A stretch of DNA of 64,000 bases from a virus: the IMG/VR virus record IMGVR_UViG_3300020048_000023, positions 32,001-96,000 of that record; one strand, given 5' to 3'. The translations under genes were made by a program, and so were the position numbers. The notes under the pieces are model-generated. The model was not told the origin of the DNA. It searched no databases and worked only from the letters and a program-made list of their open reading frames with translations. Every line of letters starts with the position of its first letter. Positions within the stretch are counted from its first letter, which is position 1. Positions 1-7,679 of this stretch are shown here, piece after piece.

Positions 1-2163
1 AATACGTCAGTCTTTCAACATTTGAAAGATACTGCGTATATTATGAACATACTATCACGCCACTTTAAGTTTAATAAGTGGGTGAGTAAAAATGGCGCAT
101 TATTGCACGACATAGGCAAATGCCACCCAGTATTTCAATCAAGGCTCAGTACACCGTATGACGGCTCCGACCTCTGGATAATACCGTTTAGACACGAAAT
201 ATCATCCATACTTTTTATCTCGTTATTTAAGCCAAAATACTGGGATATACTTATTGAACTTATTATTGGGCACCATAAATCTGTTTATCTACGGGGCGGA
301 AATGAAATAGGTAGTAACCATAAGGGGCTACTAACTTTAATAGCCAATAACCCAGACGTATTTGAACGCCACGCTGGAACGGAAGAGGAATGGAATGAGT
401 GGTCAAAAACAGCTTTATCTATACTTGGCTATCTTAAAATTAAAACTAAGCCTATTAGCTACAGCGAAGCCAGAGCCAACTATGATTACGTTGTATCGTA
501 TTGTAGAGAAATAAGGAAAACAGGTAAGGGTATATCTAAATGGCGCGGAATACTCAATGCCGCCGACCATATATCATCGCACCTTGATCTATTTAGGGAT
601 TCATTTGAATCAACTAAAAAAAGTATGTTTGTAAAGCCAGACGTTAGTGTTTATGACAAAATGGCTAATTCCTTATATCCTCTTTCGGTTATAGATATGA
701 AAAAGGAGAAAAAGCATAAGCATACACTTATTATAGCACCTACTGGGGCTGGTAAAACCCAAGCTCTTCTAAGGTGCGCAACTGGTAGAATATTTTATAT
801 TCTTCCGTTCCAAGCGGCAATTGACGCTATGTTTAGGCGTTTTAAACACGATCTAACAACAACAAACCCAAACTTGGCTATTTCTATACTTCACTCAAAA
901 TCGGTACCTATTATAGAAAGAGAGGGTACCGTAGCGGAAGCAGTACTGCGGGATAAAATTGGATGCGGACTGAAAGTAGCAACACCATACCAAATATCAA
1001 AAATACTTGTTGGGTCGTCTGGATTTGAGCAGACCATACTTGATATAAGCGGGCAGGATATAATAATGGATGAAATACACTCCTATAATAGAGAGGCTAA
1101 ATCTTTTATATTAACGCTTATTCGTGTTTTACTGCTATTTAATTGTCGTATACACTTCGGAACCGCCACACTTCCAACGGATTTAAAAAATAAGATCATT
1201 AAAATACTTGGCGGAAAAGATAACGTTGATATAATTGAATTAACGAGCGAGCAGCAAGACACATTTGATAGACATATAATTTATAAAAGAGATAGTTTTA
1301 CTGACTGTCTTCCAACTATAGACGAAGCAGTGGCTAATAAGAAAAAAATCTTGATAGTAGCTAATACTGTAGGCGTTGCCCAAAGAATATATAATGATAT
1401 ACTACAAAGGTATCCACATTATAAGTCGTCGCTACTTCACAGCCGATTCAGACGTAAAGATAGGTCTGTTAAAGAAAACGAATTGTTTGATAATAATGCT
1501 TGGAAGGACGGTGGTATTCTCGTAGCAACACAAGTGGTTGAGGTTAGCCTTGACATTAATTACGATGTATTATTTACCTATTGTGCTCCATTTGACGCAC
1601 TCATACAAAGAGGTGGTCGTATTAATAGAGATAGAAATAGACCCCCAGACCGTATTTGCCCCATATACGTAATAAAGACACGAATGAATCATACTAATCG
1701 GGGTGAAGTTATTAGAACCGAGCTTGGCGGTTATAACGAAGGTATAGTAAATGCCACGTGGAATATTTTAAAAGATGGCGAAATACTAAAAGAATCAAGC
1801 ATACAGGGGATGATTGATGCAATATACCCTAATACAGTGGATGATCAAAACCTTATCACAAACTGTATATTTGACGCAGATGGTAACTGTATTATGCAGA
1901 AGCTAACTAATCAAAAAAACGACATACTCGAACAGATATTCACCCAGTCCAATGATATCTTGATTTTGGAAAGCGACGTGGAAGAATATAGGAGAAATTA
2001 TAAATCCAGAGCCGAACTTGAAATACCAGTGTTCTATCTGTCAAGGCATATAGAGAATGTGCTTATACATAATGAGTTAGGTGAGCTAAAGAAAATGGAC
2101 TGCGGGCTCGAACCGTACATTTTACCCAATGCAAACTACAGCTTTGAACGCGGAATTATTTAA
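1..2163 (+). CDS. cas3: CRISPR-associated helicase/nuclease Cas3 (HD + SF2), 5'-truncated by the window edge
   Basis: HD motifs LLHDIGK, GHHK, AADH; helicase motifs APTGAGKT, DEIH, TAT, HSRF, ATQVVEVSLDI, QRGGRINR. The frame is open to position 1 (..FQHLKD), so the true start lies upstream. Confidence 0.95.
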   Translation, partial: NTSVFQHLKDTAYIMNILSRHFKFNKWVSKNGALLHDIGKCHPVFQSRLSTPYDGSDLWIIPFRHEISSILFISLFKPKYWDILIELIIGHHKSVYLRGGNEIGSNHKGLLTLIANNPDVFERHAGTEEEWNEWSKTALSILGYLKIKTKPISYSEARANYDYVVSYCREIRKTGKGISKWRGILNAADHISSHLDLFRDSFESTKKSMFVKPDVSVYDKMANSLYPLSVIDMKKEKKHKHTLIIAPTGAGKTQALLRCATGRIFYILPFQAAIDAMFRRFKHDLTTTNPNLAISILHSKSVPIIEREGTVAEAVLRDKIGCGLKVATPYQISKILVGSSGFEQTILDISGQDIIMDEIHSYNREAKSFILTLIRVLLLFNCRIHFGTATLPTDLKNKIIKILGGKDNVDIIELTSEQQDTFDRHIIYKRDSFTDCLPTIDEAVANKKKILIVANTVGVAQRIYNDILQRYPHYKSSLLHSRFRRKDRSVKENELFDNNAWKDGGILVATQVVEVSLDINYDVLFTYCAPFDALIQRGGRINRDRNRPPDRICPIYVIKTRMNHTNRGEVIRTELGGYNEGIVNATWNILKDGEILKESSIQGMIDAIYPNTVDDQNLITNCIFDADGNCIMQKLTNQKNDILEQIFTQSNDILILESDVEEYRRNYKSRAELEIPVFYLSRHIENVLIHNELGELKKMDCGLEPYILPNANYSFERGII

Positions 2164-2177
2164 CATCTAAAAATAAA

Positions 2178-2209
2178 TTTGGTAGATTCAAAAATTAGTT
2201 ATATATTTG
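2178..2209 (+). promoter_or_regulatory. Bacteroidota sigma70-type promoter (TTTG -33 / TAnnTTTG -7) upstream of cas8
   Basis: TTTGGTAGATTCAAAAATTAGTTATATATTTG. The same architecture recurs at about 9235, 10236, 21388, 22161, 27174, 29144, 32532, 33995, 36047, 40428, 49056, 53554, 55479, 60768 and 62458. Confidence 0.85.
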
Positions 2210-2228
2210 CCACGTTAATCCAAAACAT

Positions 2229-3566
2229 ATGGAAGCCATAAATTTAGGTAGAATACTTTTACGTCAATACAATAAGGTTAATTCAACGAATTACTCAGCA
2301 AAGGAGTTTTTTGAGAATCATTTTGAAGTGTTCCATAGCCCAAAGTCTGAAAAGAATTTTATAAGCATAACAAATAGCCCATTTCATAATAATGGTGGCA
2401 AAAAACCAAAACCATACGAAAAACGTATGGCTGAATATCTGGAAAAAATAGCGTCTGGTAATAGAACTACTTCAATAGGTCGTGATTTTCCAGCGGAAGG
2501 GGAATCACAAGCGACCAGATCACAGGTTGATATGAGAAACATAGACGCATTAACTACGGAAGATATCTATTTGGCTCAGATTGGTGATAATCTATTTGTT
2601 AACATAGAATCATATTCGGTCGGAATAGGGCACCCAGAAGTGTTGTATGAAATCTACCAAGGGTGGTTGGTATACCGAGATAAAATATTGGATAATACGT
2701 TTTACAATTACAAAGGCAACCAGTGTGATACGTGGAACGGTATATGGTTATTGGCTAATACCGAAGACCAATCAGTTGATATGACCGTAAATGATATAGT
2801 AAACAGCTATACGGCAAAGAAAAAAGATAAAAGCGGCAACGAAAAACCTATTGTTGATGAACATAAGTGTTTAAGGTTTGAATCAGTTCGCTGGCACCAA
2901 TTTTTTATTAACCTCGCGGTAAAGTATGCAGATGAATCATTTAACATTAATGTCAAATTATTTAGTGATACAAATAAAGCGTATGGTGATATTACCGTCG
3001 ACCTTAAAGACCTGCGTTACGTGTACGACTTCCTGAAATTGCATACCGAAATAACTGGTAGTAAAAGAGCGTATATTCAAAAGATATTTGAGTCTTGGGA
3101 TATAAAAAGCTTTCGGTATATACTTGAAGGAGATACCTTGGAAAAACATTGCTTTGAACCAAATAATTTTTATGATATCATTCATAATCTCAAACAAGAT
3201 AAAAAAGTTAAACAGAAAGATATAATTAATCTTAAAAACTACTACTTTATGATACTGAGTACCCCAGAAATAATAGCTACAACCGATAGACTATCAACGC
3301 AGTTAATTAATTTCGCCAAAAGTAAGGCTGGTATGAGAAATAGAATAACTGACGTTGAAAAGTTGGTTAATTCTTGGTCAGTGGCTCACTTTAGTAAGAA
3401 CTTAGCTGAAATGGCTAAAACTTATGAAGATGATTTTACAATCGATATATTGGATAATAACACTATTATACAGCTCAATAAGGACTGCTTCAATGTGTTT
3501 ATATCCCAGCTTAAACTTAAATTCTATTTATCCACCTCTAAATCAAACAAAAATGTTAAATTCTAA
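2229..3566 (+). CDS. Putative Cas8 large subunit (Bacteroidota type I-B-like)
   Basis: Lies between cas3 and cas7; the N-terminal GRILLRQYN..YSAKEFF..ITNSPF resembles Bacteroidota type I Cas8 from memory; helical C-terminus. Confidence 0.7.
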   Translation: MEAINLGRILLRQYNKVNSTNYSAKEFFENHFEVFHSPKSEKNFISITNSPFHNNGGKKPKPYEKRMAEYLEKIASGNRTTSIGRDFPAEGESQATRSQVDMRNIDALTTEDIYLAQIGDNLFVNIESYSVGIGHPEVLYEIYQGWLVYRDKILDNTFYNYKGNQCDTWNGIWLLANTEDQSVDMTVNDIVNSYTAKKKDKSGNEKPIVDEHKCLRFESVRWHQFFINLAVKYADESFNINVKLFSDTNKAYGDITVDLKDLRYVYDFLKLHTEITGSKRAYIQKIFESWDIKSFRYILEGDTLEKHCFEPNNFYDIIHNLKQDKKVKQKDIINLKNYYFMILSTPEIIATTDRLSTQLINFAKSKAGMRNRITDVEKLVNSWSVAHFSKNLAEMAKTYEDDFTIDILDNNTIIQLNKDCFNVFISQLKLKFYLSTSKSNKNVKF

Positions 3567-4692
3567 AAGATTAAGAATCAAACAGGTTATTTATTACAAT
3601 AACCCAACCCTATTTTGCGTGGGTAAAGAAGGGCAAAAACGAGTATATGATAAAACATATGGAAAATACCTTGCGTATTCGTCTGGGCAGCAACAAAAAA
3701 CTACCCGCGTAAACGAGGTGTGTGAATTGCTTGGTATACCACTTGCGGATTTTGTGTTTTACTACAATGAAAAGCACAAGCAAGCGTCAAAAGGTATTTC
3801 ACAAGACCCGAGGCACGTAGAGGCTATGACACGTGGGTATATGAATGTAACCACTAATAATATTAAACGGGAAAGTCCACTTAATATTAGTACTATGTTT
3901 CCAATACACCCATTATTGGTTGAATCCATCGATGATTTAATTGCCGTAGGTCACGGGGTAAGGGAAAAAAGTTTTACCCTTATACAGGAAAAGAAAAAGA
4001 CCAAAAAAGCTGGCGAGGATGATGATGAATCAGAAAAATCAGACGGCTCAAAGACAGAAGGTAAGTACGAAGAGGTTCCAAAAACAACCGATGAATACAA
4101 AAAATTTCTCGACGAAATGGCTGATACTCGAAAAAAAGGTATAGAACATAGTTTAGCTGGTGGTAAATTATTAACCCGTGGGGTGTTCGAAAGATATATT
4201 GAAATTGACCTAACCAGATTGTTCGCATTTAACAATGATATCTTACTTCCGAGCAAAGAGATTGCCGCTGAATATATGGACGCGATCATTAAGGACGGGT
4301 GGAAAGAAGTAGACACCAAATTGTATGGTAAAATGTTTATCGTACCAAAGTCAATACGCGATAAATATATCCCTGCAATTGCCGAAGCTCTGGTTATGGC
4401 TCTTCCAAACACTAATCAGTCCAGTTCATACTCAGTAGGCGAAATAGTTGCTACGGCGGTTAGTTATGACGCCTCGGAAAATTCATATGCAATTGTGTGC
4501 GAAGAAAATAATGAAACCGCTAATGTTATATTAGACAAGGATGCTGGTTCCAAATTATTCATCACGCCTATTGCCAAAAGTAGCAGGATATTCGCAGGGT
4601 ACGACCGTGAATCAGCTACCTCAAAGGCTAATAAAGAAGCCATTGCGTATATAACTCAGGAATTGCTAAACTTCGACTACGAGGGTATATAA
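3553..4692 (+). CDS. cas7: Cas7 backbone subunit (start re-called to ATG 3553)
   Basis: TLFCV..GQKRVYD..YSSGQQ.K, GYM..IKRESPL and GVFERYIEIDL resemble Bacteroidota type I Cas7; overlaps the cas8 stop; directly precedes the array. Confidence 0.8.
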   Translation: MLNSKRLRIKQVIYYNNPTLFCVGKEGQKRVYDKTYGKYLAYSSGQQQKTTRVNEVCELLGIPLADFVFYYNEKHKQASKGISQDPRHVEAMTRGYMNVTTNNIKRESPLNISTMFPIHPLLVESIDDLIAVGHGVREKSFTLIQEKKKTKKAGEDDDESEKSDGSKTEGKYEEVPKTTDEYKKFLDEMADTRKKGIEHSLAGGKLLTRGVFERYIEIDLTRLFAFNNDILLPSKEIAAEYMDAIIKDGWKEVDTKLYGKMFIVPKSIRDKYIPAIAEALVMALPNTNQSSSYSVGEIVATAVSYDASENSYAIVCEENNETANVILDKDAGSKLFITPIAKSSRIFAGYDRESATSKANKEAIAYITQELLNFDYEGI

Positions 4693-4710
4693 ACGTGAAA
4701 TAAGCCATTT

Positions 4711-4722
4711 TGTTCTTTGACA
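4711..4722 (+). promoter_or_regulatory. boxA-like antitermination element upstream of the CRISPR array
   Basis: TGTTCTTTGACA; the same motif occurs at 6312 (before the tRNAs) and 7685 (inside the tRNA cluster). Confidence 0.6.
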
Positions 4723-4767
4723 AATCTGGTGTAGTAAATTAATGTTTAAGGGGTTACACATAGGTAC

Positions 4768-6025
4768 ACTGTGCGTAACCCCATTCTGTAAGGAAATAAC
4801 AACATAATCGGTACATTTCTCTTAAACAATTGTACTGTGCGTAACCCCATTCTGTAAGGAAATAACAACTAACCATCGGGTTCTCCTTACCGTTCCCAAC
4901 TGTGCGTAACCCCATTCTGTAAGGAAATAGTAATACATATGCGGTTGAGTTTGCATTAGTTTTTATTGCGCATAAACCCATTCTGTAAGGAAATAATAAT
5001 CACTGACCAATTACCAGATCAGTCCAGTTAGAGTAACCCCATTCTGTAAGGAAATAACAACGAGTGATTTAAGGTGCCCGCCTCGAATACGACTGTGTGT
5101 AACCTCATTCTGTAAGGAAATAATAATTATGATAATTGAGCAGAGCCAGAGTCTTATACTGTGTGTAATCCCGTTCTGTAAGGAAATAATAAGTAGTAAA
5201 ATAAATGGCGCAATACCTTAAAAACTGCGCGTAACCCCATTCTGTAAGGAAATAATAATACACAAACGAAGGAGTAACCCATAACGTCAACTGTGTGTAA
5301 CCCTATTCTGTAAGGAAATAACAACATCGAAAAGATCAGGCAAATAGAAGCTTCAATTGTGCATAACCCAATTCTGTAAGGAAATAAAAACTTTTCGAAA
5401 GGGTTAAAGGTGTTGAACTATATGTAACCCTATTCTGTAAGGAAATAACAACTACCGACACCCTCGAACAAAGCTATTACCTACTGTGTGTAACCCTATT
5501 CTGTAAGGAAATAACAACTAATCGAAGTTGAACACATAAGCTCTAAAAACTGTGCATAACCCTATTCTGTAAGGAAATAACAACGACGGAATAATAAACC
5601 TCTGGTTGGAAAAACTGTGTGTAGCCCCATTCTGTAAGGAAATAATAATACATCGCAGGTAATCGCATTGCCAACTGTACGTAACCCTATTCTGTAAGGA
5701 AATAAAAATAGTTGTATTTGCACAGCGCCACAACCAGCAATGTGTGTAGCCCCATTCTGTAAGGAAATAACAATCAGAAACTCATTATGCTATGCTTAGC
5801 TAATATAACCTCATTCTGTAAGGAAATAAAAATAAGGAGCAATTCAAGAAGGTTGACTTAGATACGGTGCGTAACCACATTCTGTAAGGAAATAATAATA
5901 TGTACACCAGTGCAGTATCATCAGTGCACTGCGCATAACCCCATTCTGTAAGGAAATAATAATAATCAACACTTTAACCGAAAGATAAAACCATACATAA
6001 CCCTATTCTGTAAGGAAATTAAAAA
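4768..6025 (+). CRISPR. CRISPR array: 20 repeats of 36 nt (consensus ACTGTGYGTAACCCYATTCTGTAAGGAAATAAYAAY) and 19 spacers of 23-30 nt
   Basis: Repeats start at 4768, 4834, 4899, 4965, 5026, 5092, 5158, 5224, 5290, 5356, 5417, 5483, 5549, 5614, 5674, 5739, 5798, 5864, 5928 and 5990. Invariant core TTCTGTAAGGAAAT; unique spacers. Orientation is inferred from the cas genes and boxA. Confidence 0.97.
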
Positions 6026-6051
6026 TAATTTAAAGTTTTTTTCACAAAAGC

Positions 6052-6082
6052 TTGTTTTATTCAAATATTATGTCTACATTTG
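6052..6082 (+). promoter_or_regulatory. Promoter for the leader peptide / tRNA operon
   Basis: TTG..N..TACATTTG (-7 element at 6075-6082). Confidence 0.75.
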
Positions 6083-6123
6083 CAGCACTTTTTGAAACTA
6101 ACAACTATATATAAGAAAATACA

Positions 6124-6249
6124 ATGAAAAAGATCACCTACATAACCAGTTCCAATAACCTTATTCTGAAAGGAAATAACAATAGTTGTTTGGAAGCATC
6201 GTCAGAGGCGTTAGCCACTACGAATGGAATCGGTATGTACGTGAGGTAA
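6124..6249 (+). CDS. 41-aa putative attenuator leader peptide MKKITYITSSNNLILKGNNNSCLEASSEALATTNGIGMYVR
   Basis: ATG 6124 to TAA 6249, between the promoter and a terminator; contains the antiterminator strand and a run of codons matching the downstream tRNAs. Confidence 0.75.
   Translation: MKKITYITSSNNLILKGNNNSCLEASSEALATTNGIGMYVR
6148..6183 (+). repeat. Isolated degenerate CRISPR repeat inside the leader ORF
   Basis: TAACCTTATTCTGAAAGGAAATAACAAT matches about 25 of the last 28 nt of the array repeat. Confidence 0.85.
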
Positions 6250-6278
6250 AGAATTTTTGATTACCAGAGCTCGATCAG

Positions 6279-6312
6279 CCCGATTCCAAAAGAGTCGGGT
6301 TTTTTGTTTTTT
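6279..6312 (+). terminator. Intrinsic terminator (attenuator) before the tRNA cluster
   Basis: CCCGATTC-CAAAA-GAGTCGGG hairpin followed by TTTTTTGTTTTTT. Confidence 0.85.
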
Positions 6313-6340
6313 GTTCTTTGAATGTCTGGAAAAATATTGT

Positions 6341-6481
6341 GTGCGTCGTGGCGGAATTGGTATACGCGCTTGTCAGTGTACCCTACAAGGCAGGAATTGG
6401 GGAAAACAGGTGGACAACGGAAACTGCATTCCGTGGGCTTTATAGATTAAATCCGCGCTGGTTCGAGTCCAGCCGCGCACA
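6341..6481 (+). ncRNA. tRNA-like RNA with an expanded anticodon arm and a long variable region
   Basis: Leu-type D arm TGGCGGAATTGGTATACGC; T arm GCTGG-TTCGAGT-CCAGC; acceptor GTGCG(T)CG/CGCGCAC; TTGTC/GACAA stem enclosing about 38 nt. Confidence 0.65.
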
Positions 6482-6488
6482 CAAACAT

Positions 6489-6564
6489 GGGTCGTTAGCT
6501 TAGTCTGGCTTAAAGCGTCTGCCTTGCAAGCAGAAGAGCAAGGGTTCGAATCCCTTACGATCCA
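6489..6564 (+). tRNA. tRNA-Ala(TGC)
   Basis: Cloverleaf; TCTGC-CTTGCAA-GCAGA; G3:U70; no encoded CCA. Confidence 0.92.
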
Positions 6565-6593
6565 CAATACCGTCTGGAAATTCCAGACAAAAT

Positions 6594-6663
6594 GGGTCTG
6601 ATCCCGAAGGTAGGGAGCTTCACTTGCAATGAAGACATTTGGGTTCGATTCCCACAGTATCCA
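6594..6663 (+). tRNA. tRNA-Ala(TGC), atypical or possibly pseudo
   Basis: CTTCA-CTTGCAA-TGAAG anticodon arm and TGGG-TTCGATT-CCCA T arm; imperfect acceptor stem. Confidence 0.6.
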
Positions 6664-6668
6664 CAAAC

Positions 6669-6752
6669 GGTGCGTTATACAAGCGGTTCAAAGTAGGCAG
6701 CCCTTCAAGCTGTCCCTGTAAAGGTTCGTGGGTTCGAATCCCACACGCACTA
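6669..6752 (+). tRNA. tRNA-Glu(TTC)-like with C33 and a long variable arm
   Basis: Acceptor GGTGCGT/ACGCACT; GCAGC-CCTTCAA-GCTGT; variable arm CCCTGTAAAGGTTC; canonical T arm. Confidence 0.7.
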
Positions 6753-6963
6753 CACTAATAAAAATCGTCTGGAATTTCCAGACAAATTAAAAAAAGAAAG
6801 GAAATATTATGCTAAAAGCACTAAACACGAAAGGATAGAAAACCGAAAAAAAGAGATCGGAAGCCGAGAAGAAAGAAGGCGGCAAAAACACTCTAATAAG
6901 TTCATTGAAATTTTTAACTTTTTCTTACATTCATACCGCAAAGGAATACTGGATTTCTGCGGT

Positions 6964-7272
6964 ATGGAAGTAAAAGTCACGTACAACGTGAACGGTAAAG
7001 ATGGTATGGTGTCTTTCAAAGAATACGAAAACGGTGTTATGAAGCTGTATAATTTAAGCACGCGGCACCCAAATATATTGAAAGGGGTTATTATCGGTAA
7101 AAAAAGCTGGGGTCTTTGGTTACAGGAATGGACTGACGGAATATCTGAGGGGTCATTCACAACCAGAGAAATCATATCTCAGTTCGATGGTATAAAAATA
7201 CCTGAATCGCTAATGACGGACTTTTATAACGTGTTACATAAAAAAATAATGGCGCGTTCGTCTAGGGGTTAG
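6964..7272 (+). CDS. Hypothetical protein (frame open upstream; 3' end runs into tRNA-Glu)
   Basis: 102-aa ORF in a tRNA spacer. Confidence 0.5.
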   Translation: MEVKVTYNVNGKDGMVSFKEYENGVMKLYNLSTRHPNILKGVIIGKKSWGLWLQEWTDGISEGSFTTREIISQFDGIKIPESLMTDFYNVLHKKIMARSSRG

Positions 7273-7322
7273 GACGTTTGGTTTTCAGCCAAAAGACAGG
7301 GGTTCGATTCCCCTATGCGCTA
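7251..7322 (+). tRNA. tRNA-Glu(TTC)
   Basis: Cloverleaf; TTTGG-TTTTCAG-CCAAA; T arm AGGGG-TTCGATT-CCCCT. Confidence 0.92.
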
Positions 7323-7359
7323 CCTTGAATAAAATCGTCTGGATATTCCAGACAAAACT

Positions 7360-7447
7360 GGAAGATGAAACTGGCGTGGGCTGGTCGCGGTCTTGAAAAC
7401 CGAGGGGACGGGTAAAACTGTCTGGTAATCGTGCTATCCTTCTTCCG
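7360..7447 (+). tRNA. tRNA-Ser(TGA), non-canonical 8/4 fold
   Basis: GCGGT-CTTGAAA-ACCGA; 8-nt acceptor GGAAGATG/CTTCTTCC; 4-bp T stem GGTA-ATCGTGC-TATC; long variable arm; G73. Confidence 0.75.
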
Positions 7448-7499
7448 CTTAGCCGAAACAACTGCGAATATATAAATAAGCGGTTGTTTTGGACAAAAT

Positions 7500-7585
7500 G
7501 GGGCTGTGCTGTAACTGGTAGCCAAGACGGACTTAAAATCCGTTGTGCCGTAAGGCACGTGTGGGTTCGAATCCCACCAGCCCTA
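7500..7585 (+). tRNA. tRNA-Leu(TAA)
   Basis: ACGGA-CTTAAAA-TCCGT; long variable arm; canonical T arm. Confidence 0.93.
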
Positions 7586-7593
7586 CAATAATT

Positions 7594-7679
7594 GGAAGCG
7601 TGGGAGAGTGGTTTAATCCACCAACTTGGAAAGTTGGCAGCCTCGCAAGGGCTCGTAGATTCGAATTCTACCGTTTCCG
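7594..7679 (+). tRNA. tRNA-Ser(GGA)
   Basis: CCAAC-TTGGAAA-GTTGG; long variable arm; G73. Confidence 0.92.

Larger units (their letters stand above)
6571..7356. repeat. Three copies of the 21-nt palindrome CGTCTGGAWWTTCCAGACAAA (6571, 6766, 7336), each just after a tRNA
   Basis: Near-identical inverted-repeat units read directly. Confidence 0.85.

Noticed and set aside
3424-3552. N-terminal extensions given by the ORF track (cas7 from 3424; also 9180, 11309, 41046, 52032)
   Set aside because: They overlap upstream genes, tRNAs or hairpins; downstream ATGs fit the family N-termini and promoters better.
4754-5733. Minus-strand ORFs 4754-4981, 5105-5290 and 5518-5733
   Set aside because: They are translations of CRISPR repeats (recurring YFLTEWGY / ISLQN), not genes.
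4804-5989. Perfect self-targeting spacers within the window
   Set aside because: None was found by eye apart from the partial tRNA-Ser match; an exhaustive search was not possible.
6669-6752. Possible Sec or opal-suppressor tRNA (CTTCAA plus long variable arm)
   Set aside because: The 7-nt loop centres on TTC, the fold is 7/5, and no TGA-interrupted genes were seen. Kept as atypical Glu.
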